Shown one piece after another: positions 54,570 to 63,474 of a DNA stretch of 64,000 nt. Made by a program: the position numbers and the translations under genes. The DNA is from a virus, in the IMG/VR virus record IMGVR_UViG_3300033978_000437; one strand, given 5' to 3'. Numbering within the stretch: the stretch's first letter is position 1; each line of letters begins with the position of its first letter. The notes below the pieces were generated by a model. It saw nothing but the letters and a program-made list of their open reading frames with translations. It searched no databases and had not been told where the DNA came from.

Positions 54570-54633
54570 TGTCTATCTCCATGGCACTAGATTGCCCCCT
54601 TGCGCTTGTGCCTCACACAAGGGGTTTAAAAGT

Positions 54634-54831
54634 TTAAACTAAACACACTACCGACACCACCACCGCCACCACCACCGCCACCGCTATTGCACCAAGAACA
54701 ATTAAACGCTCGATACGTTTGATTGTTCTTATCATGCGGACATGACTGAAGCTTGTGCCGTGTGGCACTTTTAGCAACTCATATTCCTCTCGGCTTAGTT
54801 CCCCATAAAAGGGGCAAGTGTAAGGGCTCAT
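54634..54831 (-). CDS. small membrane-anchored protein
   Basis: C-terminal hydrophobic LIVLGAIAVAVVVAVVVSVVCLV; GGAGG RBS. Confidence 0.55.
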   Translation of the reverse strand: MSPYTCPFYGELSREEYELLKVPHGTSFSHVRMIRTIKRIERLIVLGAIAVAVVVAVVVSVVCLV

Positions 54832-54872
54832 AACAAAAACCTCCCTGCTAAAAACTTGCTACAAATAAAAAA

Positions 54873-54902
54873 CCCTCACTTGCTGTAGCAGGCAAGCGAG
54901 GG
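54873..54902 (-). terminator. repeated CCCTCRCTT hairpin, copy 1
   Basis: CCCTCACTTGC-8 nt-GCAAGCGAGGG plus T-tract on the minus strand; copies at 55436 and 56387. Confidence 0.65.
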
Positions 54903-54914
54903 GTAACGATGAAG

Positions 54915-54943
54915 CCTGACCTTTTAACGCCTTGTCGAGGGCG
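54915..54943 (-). ncRNA. H-type pseudoknot motif, copy 1
   Basis: minus strand CGCC-CTCGACAA-GGCG-TTAAAA-GGTCAGG. Confidence 0.4.
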
Positions 54944-55203
54944 ATTAGAATTTTCATCTAATTCCCATTTTCGCTAGGTGGGTTACCTCTCCCGAAGTCT
55001 GTCGGGACCAGCCGGAGGGCTTGTCATGCCTCCAGTGCGCAAGTTAGCAATAGCTACTGGCTTTGCTATTGCTAACTAGTCGTTTCCGCTTGAAGAGTAG
55101 CGCAAGGTGACTAACCTTAAACTCCAGAGTGAATCCCCCACTCCATAAGGTCCTTTGCGATTTAGGCCGTATTTTCAGGCAACGCTAACGGGTAAGAATA
55201 CCG
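54944..55203 (-). ncRNA. candidate multi-hairpin structured RNA
   Basis: no ORF of 60 aa or more; 13-bp perfect stem AGTTAGCAATAGC/GCTATTGCTAACT plus several shorter stems (GAGTG/CACTC, AAGGT/ACCTT, TCCCGA/TCGGGA). Confidence 0.35.
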
Positions 55204-55232
55204 AAGCCTTTTAACGTCTTGCTTAGGACGTT
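55204..55232 (-). ncRNA. H-type pseudoknot motif, copy 2
   Basis: minus strand AACGTC-CTAAGCAA-GACGTT-AAAA-GGCTT. Confidence 0.45.
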
Positions 55233-55234
55233 GG

Positions 55235-55405
55235 TTAAAACTTAATTATGGTGGCTAGCCACCATGTTGCTAAAAACATTATTACTGCCCCTAGCAACGA
55301 GTTTTCGATCTGTCTCCAGATAGACTCTGGAGGTGTAGGCCGATCCGCTTGGAGGCGGATCACCTTTGCCAAATCCGACAAAGTTTCTTTTTCAAACTCA
55401 CTCAT
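55235..55405 (-). CDS. small membrane-anchored protein (56 aa)
   Basis: start moved to MSEFEK (55405) with AAGGAG RBS; the longer ORF-track start crosses intergenic repeats. Confidence 0.55.
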   Translation of the reverse strand: MSEFEKETLSDLAKVIRLQADRPTPPESIWRQIENSLLGAVIMFLATWWLATIIKF

Positions 55406-55435
55406 CTCTGACTCCTTTAAGTAGGTAAAAGAAAA

Positions 55436-55465
55436 CCCTCGCTTACCAAAATTGGCAAGCGAGGG
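55436..55465 (-). terminator. repeated CCCTCRCTT hairpin, copy 2
   Basis: CCCTCGCTTACC-6 nt-GGCAAGCGAGGG plus TTTTCTTTT on the minus strand. Confidence 0.6.
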
Positions 55466-55484
55466 CGTAATAGTTAAGGTTGCC

Positions 55485-55523
55485 CTCATATAATAATGAC
55501 ACCGAATTGCCATTTATTTAGCT
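55485..55523. promoter_or_regulatory. conserved intergenic motif, copy 1 (putative promoter/operator)
   Basis: CTCATATAATAATGACACCGAATTGCCATTTATTTAGCT; near-identical copy at 57185. Confidence 0.5.
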
Positions 55524-55539
55524 GAGGGCTTTTCAAAGA

Positions 55540-55893
55540 CTAACCTTCAAAGACTAACAACGATGCAGCTGCCCAGCTAACAGCTGAGCATCCATCGTTT
55601 TTTGGTATCTTAGTTGGTTTTCCGTTTTTAGGGTCGTAAACCTTAGTGATGGGAATCAACTTACTGTAAGGCATATGCCTAACCCCCAAACGTTTAACTA
55701 GCCCACCAAAAAAGGCAGCTTCTCTACTAACTTTTTGATAATAGTTAGCAGCAGCTTTTGCGGTGGTGTATGCCCTAAATACCGTCACCAACTTCTTCTT
55801 ATCGGCTAAGTACCAATCCCAAACCACATATCTGTTGCCTGTGTACTTAGCTCCAGCTGGTAACCAGTCAACTTGTTCCCACTCCCGTTTCAT
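55540..55893 (-). CDS. hypothetical protein
   Basis: start moved to MKREWE (55893) with GGAGG RBS. Confidence 0.6.
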   Translation of the reverse strand: MKREWEQVDWLPAGAKYTGNRYVVWDWYLADKKKLVTVFRAYTTAKAAANYYQKVSREAAFFGGLVKRLGVRHMPYSKLIPITKVYDPKNGKPTKIPKNDGCSAVSWAAASLLVFEG

Positions 55894-56050
55894 AGCACCT
55901 CCTAAAACTTGTAATAGGCACAAGCAATTAACATGGACACTAGAAAAACCAAGGTGGGAACAAGCGTCTCCCACCTTGGCTCTTTGGTGAAGTGATATTT
56001 TGTCCGTCTTATTACGGAGAACAAGGATTTTTTAACTGTCACAGTTTCCA

Positions 56051-56356
56051 CTAATACCTCCGAGCAAGTACAATGGGGGTTTTTACCGACTCTTCGAGGA
56101 GAGCTTTTATACTCTCCTCACTGAATCCCTTATATGAGGAGTAGGTGATGCGACACCTTATCTCCCTTTCGTCTTCAAAGAACTGGCAATAGAAGCCACC
56201 GCCATTCGGTTCCTCTGGGCCCCCTATAAATAGGGCTGCACCGCTGTTCGCCCATTTCTCCTCTTCGGAGTCATGCCAACGGGCGGCAGGGTCCATTTTG
56301 GAAAGGCGGTCTATACATGACAGCCCTTCTGACTCATTGCATTCAAACTTGGCCAT
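56051..56356 (-). CDS. hypothetical protein
   Basis: ORF track, 101 aa; GGAG RBS. Confidence 0.6.
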   Translation of the reverse strand: MAKFECNESEGLSCIDRLSKMDPAARWHDSEEEKWANSGAALFIGGPEEPNGGGFYCQFFEDEREIRCRITYSSYKGFSEESIKALLEESVKTPIVLARRY

Positions 56357-56386
56357 AACTTGTTCTCCGATAGTTAAAAAAGAAAA

Positions 56387-56417
56387 CCCTCACTTACCAT
56401 TAGCTGGTAAGCGAGGG
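56387..56417 (-). terminator. repeated CCCTCRCTT hairpin, copy 3
   Basis: CCCTCACTTACCA-5 nt-TGGTAAGCGAGGG plus TTTTCTTTTTT on the minus strand. Confidence 0.65.
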
Positions 56418-56433
56418 CGGGGAATTATAACAA

Positions 56434-56460
56434 TGAGCCCTTTAACGTCGGCTCAGGACG
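56434..56460 (-). ncRNA. H-type pseudoknot motif, copy 3
   Basis: minus strand CGTC-CTGAGCC-GACG-TTAAAG-GGCTCA; loop TGAGCC pairs with GGCTCA. Confidence 0.5.
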
Positions 56461-56466
56461 GTTTTA

Positions 56467-57114
56467 TTAATCGACTATGGCGGGGGCCCGCACAGTACCA
56501 GAAGTTGGTCGCTGGGCGGGCATCCCAGCTGCCAGCTCAGCAGCTTCCGTCTCATCCGTCAGTTCTTTACGGATCTTCGAACAGAATGCTGGGTTCTTAA
56601 TGAACCCCAAAAACCACTCCACTTCGGCCTCATCGGCCTTGTTAAAGAGAGCAACCGTGATTGCTCGGATATGCCTAAGGTGTACAAGATCTTCCATTAG
56701 CTCGATATCGTCAAGTTCCCATATCAACTCAAGCCCTGCTGGGTGATTGAAGCAAATTGCCTCCAATCTCAGCACCACCGAGGTGCTGCCAGTAAGCCCC
56801 ACACCGGGCCTATTCACTGACATACTGATCCGGCCAGACTCGCCCTGGTAGCAGAACCAGCTTAACCGACCACTGCCGGTTGTGTGGGCGATGTCTGCGG
56901 AGATCCCACCAGGCAGCGACAAATTTTCTTTCTGTCTTTCTGCCATTAACCGCTCCACTCCGTCATTCGCAGCCATCGATGCCATAGCCCACCCAACATC
57001 TTGAAGTTGCTGTAACGAAGTGTGATTTGTCCACTCATGCCCATGATTGCGAGCTAAAACGAAAAGAGCCATACCGTTTGTGTTGCTTATCATAACTTGT
57101 CTCCCTACATACAT
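56467..57114 (-). CDS. hypothetical protein (215 aa)
   Basis: ORF track; start uncertain. Confidence 0.6.
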   Translation of the reverse strand: MYVGRQVMISNTNGMALFVLARNHGHEWTNHTSLQQLQDVGWAMASMAANDGVERLMAERQKENLSLPGGISADIAHTTGSGRLSWFCYQGESGRISMSVNRPGVGLTGSTSVVLRLEAICFNHPAGLELIWELDDIELMEDLVHLRHIRAITVALFNKADEAEVEWFLGFIKNPAFCSKIRKELTDETEAAELAAGMPAQRPTSGTVRAPAIVD

Positions 57115-57184
57115 ACCTAGAAACAGAACTCCTAACTCTTGCTAGCACTAGCAAGTAGATAAAAGAGTTCAAGAGCTAATCGCT

Positions 57185-57224
57185 CTCATATAATAATGAC
57201 ACGAATTTGCCTATTATTTAGGCT
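57185..57224. promoter_or_regulatory. conserved intergenic motif, copy 2
   Basis: CTCATATAATAATGACACGAATTTGCCTATTATTTAGGCT. Confidence 0.5.
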
Positions 57225-57528
57225 AGAAAGTGTACTCGGTAACCTTACCGCCGGCGGAGATTAGAACACGGACTTTTTCTGCATTTACCATTTGTTTAAG
57301 CTTCAGTTTCTTCTCAACACTCATGGAAACAATTGATTGCTTAATGCCATTGAGTGCTTGGATTCGTCTTCCCGCTTTCTGATTGCAGCGACCACATCCA
57401 GAAGGTTTGGCGTTTATAACACCATCGGCCCCAGCCATGAATGGAAACTCTTGTACAAAGGTTGGATTACCAATCATACCTAGTAGCACAGATTCTTCTA
57501 GGATTAACATTTTGTTTAGTTCAGCCAT
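57223..57528 (-). CDS. hypothetical protein with CGRC motif
   Basis: ORF track, 101 aa. Confidence 0.65.
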   Translation of the reverse strand: MAELNKMLILEESVLLGMIGNPTFVQEFPFMAGADGVINAKPSGCGRCNQKAGRRIQALNGIKQSIVSMSVEKKLKLKQMVNAEKVRVLISAGGKVTEYTF

Positions 57529-57557
57529 GGTTTGTTTTCCTTGTAGTTAATAGCTTC

Positions 57558-57980
57558 TTATGGGGTAGGTGGTGCAGAAGGAAACCACACAGTTTGAATT
57601 ACTTGAAGTTGAGACAGCCGCTCTAGCGCGTCAAGCAGTTCTTTAGTCTCCGCTTGAATCTCTGCCCAGATTCCATCTGCTTCTGCTGTAGAGGCCACAT
57701 CTAGCTCAATATAGTTTAAACGAAAGTAAGGCCAGCTCAAATCCGGATTTGAAGCCCCTGCAGGTATGTTAGCAAGTTGAGGCGGTCCCGCAACGGCTTC
57801 AAATGTATCTGTGGATAGTGTTGTGTAAGGACTTGGCGGATTGTTTCGGTACACAAAAATATTGGCATCTAGGTCTGGACCTTCTACTGCAACGACATCA
57901 ACCCGCAGACGGTAAGTACCGTAATTTGTATTTGAAGTAGTCGTAGTCGCAGATCGTGTAAGACATATACGCCGAGTCAT
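57558..57980 (-). CDS. hypothetical protein
   Basis: ORF track, 140 aa. Confidence 0.65.
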   Translation of the reverse strand: MTRRICLTRSATTTTSNTNYGTYRLRVDVVAVEGPDLDANIFVYRNNPPSPYTTLSTDTFEAVAGPPQLANIPAGASNPDLSWPYFRLNYIELDVASTAEADGIWAEIQAETKELLDALERLSQLQVIQTVWFPSAPPTP

Positions 57981-57984
57981 GTAA

Positions 57985-58311
57985 TTACTTCCTAAAAATA
58001 AACACTTGATCTTTTTGCCCTAGCATAAGCGGTAGGGCTATATCTTCTGCACAATGCGGACGCTTCTGTTGAATGTAGTCTACTAGCTGTCCTACCTTAG
58101 CGGGCTGCTCTTTTGCCCACTCGTGCAGTAGTTGCAGCCATTGAGTATACAACGAACTGTGTTTTACTTTTAGACTACTTTGTGCAATATTTGCTTGCAC
58201 AGCTACTTGCTCTGCTTCTTCTCGGTAGTTTTCAAGGCAGGGTACGCATTCCCAGAATAGAGGATCTTGCCACAATTCGTGCATTATGGTGTGGTCTAAA
58301 ACCAGCATCAA
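57985..58311 (-). CDS. hypothetical protein
   Basis: ORF track, 108 aa. Confidence 0.6.
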   Translation of the reverse strand: MMLVLDHTIMHELWQDPLFWECVPCLENYREEAEQVAVQANIAQSSLKVKHSSLYTQWLQLLHEWAKEQPAKVGQLVDYIQQKRPHCAEDIALPLMLGQKDQVFIFRK

Positions 58312-59411
58312 ATCTTACCTTCAAAATAGATTAGGTTTTGTTTCACTCTATCTAAATGTTTCTCTGGTATCTTTTTCAATAGCTCTTTAGTAACTTTTAA
58401 ACCGTCTGCGTAATGCCCTGACCAATAAGCACTTACACTAACTTCATCTTCTATGCCATAATCCCAGATCCAAGCTTCTACAAACAACCCATCTTTTTGT
58501 ACCGGAAGGCTTTGCCCCCATTTGCTTAAGAGATAAGCTTGATGGTATTTTGAGCTTGTGCGACAAAACTTTGCTGCTCCGTGTATAGCTTCAATCCTAT
58601 GGGGGATGACTTCATGTGCTTGCATGTAGCTTTGGATGATATCTTCATCTTTATACTTTAGCTTTTCTTTAAGCCTAGCTGCGTTTAAAAGAGCCATATA
58701 TACTTCTTCAGACCAAAAACCTTGTGTAGATCTTTGAAGATAGAATTTTAATGCTTTGGCATCTTGATTCAGATCTCGGAATGACTGCGCAAGGTAAAAT
58801 GTGTACCTTGCTATTAGAAATGGATCTGTTTCCGTCAAAAGAGCATTCTCAAAAATGGCCACATCATTCTCAAACTTATTAACTTGGCTTCTTGCTCCGT
58901 CATGTGGCGTGGTGTTGCGAACACCAAGTAACACAGCTCTAGTTTCTATTGGGTCTTCGCAGTCTAAGTATTCGTGCAGCACTCCTTTGTACACATAGGG
59001 CTTTTTATTCTTCGTAATGGATAGTCGATCAAACACGATGTTGTCGTGATGACATTTAATCATGTAAAGATCTTTGTCCATACTTTGTTTAAACTTGTTC
59101 GCATCAAAATCATTGTCATACACTAAGGTTTCATCTGCATCAATCATCAGCACATAATCAATGTCAGTTTGTTTTCGGATGTGAGCAAGAGCAGACGTTC
59201 GGTTATGAGCAAAATCTTTCCAAGGTTCTGTTATTACCTTACCCAACATATTATTTTTATTAAGCCAAGCTAGAATTACTTCAATCGTATTGTCTGTTGA
59301 TCCGGTGTCTACGATGCAGACATACTCTATTAAGGGTTTAACGCTATCAAGACATCTTGTTATTATTTTGCTTTCGTTTTTAACAATCATGCACAAGCCA
59401 ATTTTATTCAT
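58308..59411 (-). CDS. GT2 glycosyltransferase with TPR-like C-terminus
   Basis: IGLCMIVKNESKIITRCLDSV, IVDTGSTD, DFAHNR, LMIDADE, GVLHE, FYLAQS. Confidence 0.88.
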   Translation of the reverse strand: MNKIGLCMIVKNESKIITRCLDSVKPLIEYVCIVDTGSTDNTIEVILAWLNKNNMLGKVITEPWKDFAHNRTSALAHIRKQTDIDYVLMIDADETLVYDNDFDANKFKQSMDKDLYMIKCHHDNIVFDRLSITKNKKPYVYKGVLHEYLDCEDPIETRAVLLGVRNTTPHDGARSQVNKFENDVAIFENALLTETDPFLIARYTFYLAQSFRDLNQDAKALKFYLQRSTQGFWSEEVYMALLNAARLKEKLKYKDEDIIQSYMQAHEVIPHRIEAIHGAAKFCRTSSKYHQAYLLSKWGQSLPVQKDGLFVEAWIWDYGIEDEVSVSAYWSGHYADGLKVTKELLKKIPEKHLDRVKQNLIYFEGKI

Positions 59412-59415
59412 TTTA

Positions 59416-61377
59416 TTACTCGTTTGCCCATGGGAATTTCTCAGAATAACCTCGTCGCCCGCCGTTAGCCATACTTGGGCAGGCCACTAGCGATTTGCCC
59501 ATATTCCATTGCTTGATGTCAAAGCCAGCTTGGTGCAATGCTTCGCCACATGTAATGTCTCCGCCATTGTGCCCAAGCCTTACATCTGGGATATTCGCTT
59601 TGCGAATAGCTTCCGTAGCTATAGCCCAACACCACCCTACTGCAAAGTCTATCACACTTCCATTTGTTTGTTCTTTTTGACTGCCACGCATTCGAAAATT
59701 ACGCCCACGATACCAGTCTGCAGTCTTAAACCAAGCGGTAGGGTCGTTGCCATTTTTAGCATACATTGTTAAATCATGGTACATTAAAGAACCAAACATA
59801 CGATAATTTTTAGGATGATTATCTATGATGGTCTGGCATAAATCATTGATCCAGTTTGGATTAACTACCCAAGTATCATCGTCAAACCATACTACATAGT
59901 TCGTGGTAATAGGTCTTTGCTCATCCCAGAACATATCTCGCATGACAGGATACTTATAACGGTTAAGACTGTTTGCGTAGATCTTTGTAACCGGTAATGT
60001 TTTCACATAAGCAAAAGTATCGGGATGCACTTCATTAAGCCCAATACGCAAGTCTAATCGTTCGGGTGGGATAGTAGCTAGAATGCTGGATAGACAAGTC
60101 TTGGCGAGTTGCGGGTGAGGTCCATAACAAAGAACGCAGATAGTAATCTTACCTCCGATTATTGGGTTATCCATGAGAGGTAACTGCCGCTGTATCTGCC
60201 CTACCCCTACACTTGTGAGTTCTTGTGGATGAACCTTTTGAAAAGGTTTCTGTTCTTTGATAGCGGTGGAGGGCTCTCGCACAATCTTTATAGGCATTTC
60301 TGTTGTTATAGGGTTACCCTCTTGCACTCGTACTATGCTTACAGTTGGAGCAGGGTTGTCTACAATTTTAATAGGGGGTAACACCGACTTATCGTAATAG
60401 TCCATAACTGCCTCTACTACATGATCGGATGAAATTAAGTCTTGGCATTTCGGTACTGGATGAGGAGCGGTGCGAAGCGGCTGCCGACAGAGCGTGTGTG
60501 CTTTGCGTGTTAGATCTTGTGGGTCTAAAGCTACTGTTCTGTTCTTCCAGCACCCTTGAGTTGCACAGCATTCTAGTAATCCAATAGTGTGTAAAAACTT
60601 GTGTTCTACTTTCACAGGTTCAGCAGTTGGCCCAAAAGCTTGAAAACCATTTACATAGGCTTCAAACCAAGGATCTTCTCGCCCGCCTGCGTAAACCACG
60701 CAAGGTCTTTCAAAGGCTGCTGCGATATGCATTGCACCAGTTACCCCGCAAATCACACCATCAGCATAGCGAATGATATTCCATAAATCTCTTACATTCT
60801 CAGTTTTACCAAGCATGTTTGTAGTGTTCTGCAATGGCGGGTGTATATGGTTAGTATGGGTTGCCCCAGCTTGTACGCAGTGAATACCTTTTGCCAACAG
60901 CTTATCTACCACCTCTTGTGCTCGATGTGCGTGCCAGTGCTTGGCAGTTAGGTCTAGTTTACCTCCGGATAAGATAACCCAATAGCGTCCTTCAATTCTG
61001 GAATTTAACTCTTGTTCAGACATGTGAAGATCTGGGCGAGGTTTCGTCACTGGGACATGGATGCCGGTTTTGCGTTCGAAGTCGTAGTGATACCAAGCTA
61101 GGATATGTTTCATCTCACGCCGGTCATTATACTTAGCATAAGAGTTCCAGCGAATAGCATCGCCCCAGCTTACCTCTACATGCGTTGCTTTACTTGAGGC
61201 CGCTGCGTCAGCCCTTACGACATGGGGGTTATTCCACCAGACATTACTCCAGTTGGTGTTTACTACGATTTGATACTGATTGGGGTAGGCTAGTTGAATA
61301 TCACGAACAAGAGCGGTTAGCAACACAGTGTCACCTAGTGCCCATTTGTGCTTGATGACAAGCTGAGTCTTACTCAC
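59416..61377 (-). CDS. two-domain glycosyltransferase (GT9-like + GT-A-like)
   Basis: N-terminal ALGDTVLLTALVRDI...NNPH...GVICGVTGAMHIAAAF (GT9 heptosyltransferase-like); C-terminal WFDDDT domain paralogous to 2248..3066. Confidence 0.78.
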   Translation of the reverse strand: MSKTQLVIKHKWALGDTVLLTALVRDIQLAYPNQYQIVVNTNWSNVWWNNPHVVRADAAASSKATHVEVSWGDAIRWNSYAKYNDRREMKHILAWYHYDFERKTGIHVPVTKPRPDLHMSEQELNSRIEGRYWVILSGGKLDLTAKHWHAHRAQEVVDKLLAKGIHCVQAGATHTNHIHPPLQNTTNMLGKTENVRDLWNIIRYADGVICGVTGAMHIAAAFERPCVVYAGGREDPWFEAYVNGFQAFGPTAEPVKVEHKFLHTIGLLECCATQGCWKNRTVALDPQDLTRKAHTLCRQPLRTAPHPVPKCQDLISSDHVVEAVMDYYDKSVLPPIKIVDNPAPTVSIVRVQEGNPITTEMPIKIVREPSTAIKEQKPFQKVHPQELTSVGVGQIQRQLPLMDNPIIGGKITICVLCYGPHPQLAKTCLSSILATIPPERLDLRIGLNEVHPDTFAYVKTLPVTKIYANSLNRYKYPVMRDMFWDEQRPITTNYVVWFDDDTWVVNPNWINDLCQTIIDNHPKNYRMFGSLMYHDLTMYAKNGNDPTAWFKTADWYRGRNFRMRGSQKEQTNGSVIDFAVGWCWAIATEAIRKANIPDVRLGHNGGDITCGEALHQAGFDIKQWNMGKSLVACPSMANGGRRGYSEKFPWANE

Positions 61378-61711
61378 TTACGACCTTTGCTTGTGCTAGA
61401 GATGGATGGAGTAAACAATGATTTCGCAGATGTGTGCTTAAAATTACGCTTGCTGCGTCTGTGTTCCACTTTTCAAAGAATTCTTTACCGCCCTCTTCTG
61501 GGGGGAAAGGAATTTCAATAGTATGAAATGCTTTGCGGTCAGACAGAAATGCTTGTTCACTCTTCCAGCACTTAAACACAGCAACCATAGCTTCAAGTTC
61601 AAAGTTCATATGAACTTCAACGAGTACGCAGTAAGCTTGTTTGATAGGTTCTAAATCGTGGGGATCTTCTACACTGAGCTGAACTGCCACTCGAGTTTTA
61701 AAAGGTATCAT
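61370..61711 (-). CDS. hypothetical protein
   Basis: ORF track, 113 aa; tail-gene context. Confidence 0.6.
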   Translation of the reverse strand: MIPFKTRVAVQLSVEDPHDLEPIKQAYCVLVEVHMNFELEAMVAVFKCWKSEQAFLSDRKAFHTIEIPFPPEEGGKEFFEKWNTDAASVILSTHLRNHCLLHPSLAQAKVVSE

Positions 61712-61723
61712 ACTTGTTCTTTC

Positions 61724-62278
61724 TTAAATTGTAGGTATCTCTTCAATCATAGTAGCATTTTCTACCGCCTTTCGTCTAGCAGCAAAAGCATTAGCCATAT
61801 CAGATCTAGCCTTACCATAGTACATAAGCAATACAGTCATATCTTGTATGGTTTCAAATTCAACTGGGTTTCCTTCTAAACTAATTAATCCTGGCAAAGG
61901 TAAGCCCATAGCTGAAGCCTCTCTAGCCAAAGAGAACACTCCTACGATAAGGGCAACATCAGAAGGGGTGATACCAAGGTGGTAGCCGTTACCCGAGTCC
62001 CATCCGGTTTTCTCTAGTGCAATCCATTCATTGTTTATGGATTGTAGTTTTCTAGCTTTAGCTTGAGATAGCTCGTCTGGTTCTGCACTCGGTATGAAAT
62101 TTGAAACTTGATTAATTAAAGTTGTCAAATAAGCCCCAAGGTCTGAGCTTAAAGGAACTGGCATAGTAGAGTTCTTAACAACATTAGACTCATCTTTTTG
62201 ATCTAATGTTAAATTATAGATATCCTCGTATTGGTCTGCTACTAACCTCTGTGTTTTAAATATTCCTAAATGAAGCAT
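61724..62278 (-). CDS. DUF4376-like tail-associated protein
   Basis: AKARKLQSIN...RRKAVENA...EEI pattern; follows the tail-collar gene. Confidence 0.5.
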   Translation of the reverse strand: MLHLGIFKTQRLVADQYEDIYNLTLDQKDESNVVKNSTMPVPLSSDLGAYLTTLINQVSNFIPSAEPDELSQAKARKLQSINNEWIALEKTGWDSGNGYHLGITPSDVALIVGVFSLAREASAMGLPLPGLISLEGNPVEFETIQDMTVLLMYYGKARSDMANAFAARRKAVENATMIEEIPTI

Positions 62279-62286
62279 ATAACCTC

Positions 62287-62997
62287 CTATGTTTTGATTA
62301 TAAAGTTTATGGCAATAGCTGGCTGCATTATACTTGTAGCTGTTAGACTATTGTTAGTATAAGTGTGGCTATGGTTTGCACTTTCGTTACCTGTCGTTAC
62401 TGTATGGGTATGATCTCCTGAGACATAGCCAGTATAAGAAGTAGAATATCCATTTGCACCACTTCCTACGATAATCTGCCCTGCATACCCTCCACCAAGA
62501 GCACTAAATCCGTACTGTGCTCTTCCCATGTTTCCGCTGCCCACACCATCGGAGTAATTCTGATGGTAATGGTTTGCAGAGATTCCACTAGTAGTCCCAG
62601 AGTGAGTATGATTAGCACTTTGAGTTCCAGTTGTAATTGAAGGAATATTGGAAGCAGTCAGAGTAACAGTCTCTGCTCCCGTAGTTGAGGCTAATGTTCT
62701 AGCTGTTAAACCGGAACCAGTACCTACGCCAATTGGACACCTACCGCGCATATCTGGTAAAGTAAATGTATCGTTAGAATTTCCAGCACCATAAGTAGTG
62801 CCAATGACTTTAAAAAGATCGCTATAAGTCTTTCTGCTTACAGTTCTTCCGTCACAAACTAGCCATCCATTAGGGGCGGTAGAACCAGCAAACATTTCGA
62901 TAACACCAACAGGAATTACAGAAGGCTGAACTGCTTGGAATGCAGAACCCTTTGGAGAGTTAGCCGGAGTCATTCCGTAACTAAATGCTCCTGGCAT
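62287..62997 (-). CDS. phage tail collar domain / tail fibre protein
   Basis: IPVGVIEMFAGSTAPNGWLVCDGRTVSRKTYSDLFKVIGTTYGAG...FTLPDMRGR; MQPAIAINFIIKT; start 62997 forms a TAATG overlap. Confidence 0.9.
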   Translation of the reverse strand: MPGAFSYGMTPANSPKGSAFQAVQPSVIPVGVIEMFAGSTAPNGWLVCDGRTVSRKTYSDLFKVIGTTYGAGNSNDTFTLPDMRGRCPIGVGTGSGLTARTLASTTGAETVTLTASNIPSITTGTQSANHTHSGTTSGISANHYHQNYSDGVGSGNMGRAQYGFSALGGGYAGQIIVGSGANGYSTSYTGYVSGDHTHTVTTGNESANHSHTYTNNSLTATSIMQPAIAINFIIKT

Positions 62998-63443
62998 TAA
63001 TATGCTCCCCCCATCACGCAAACTTGCAAAGCTGTAGTACTAGCTGTAGTAGTAACGCTAACGGAAGCAAAAAGCTTAAATGTAGGGGGTAATACAAGAG
63101 GGTTTACGAAAGTCAAAGTAGTAGTAAACCCAGCAACAGTAGTGGAAGGAGTTACAGCGGTCACAAGTATTTCTGTAAACAAGAAAGCAGTAGTACCATC
63201 CCATACCCATATGCCTACGATATTACCAGCAGTGGCTGAAGTAAAAGAAGTAGAGCAAGAGTTGACTTGAATACTATCAATCCTTAACCCATTAGTTGAA
63301 GCTGGTACAACCTCTACAATATTTGCTGCTGCTAGTGATGCTGTTGCAGTAGGAGCTCTAGTAGTACAAGCTGTTTGTGCTGCAAGTGTCTTTGCGACAA
63401 AGTATGGTGCTTGCGGAAAAATAGGTGTCGATGTAACTGGCAT
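62997..63443 (-). CDS. tail-associated beta-rich protein
   Basis: 148 aa Thr/Ala-rich, between the collagen-like and tail-collar genes. Confidence 0.6.
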   Translation of the reverse strand: MPVTSTPIFPQAPYFVAKTLAAQTACTTRAPTATASLAAANIVEVVPASTNGLRIDSIQVNSCSTSFTSATAGNIVGIWVWDGTTAFLFTEILVTAVTPSTTVAGFTTTLTFVNPLVLPPTFKLFASVSVTTTASTTALQVCVMGGAY

Positions 63444-63474
63444 ATGTGCTCCTTTTTAGTATAGACAATTATAA

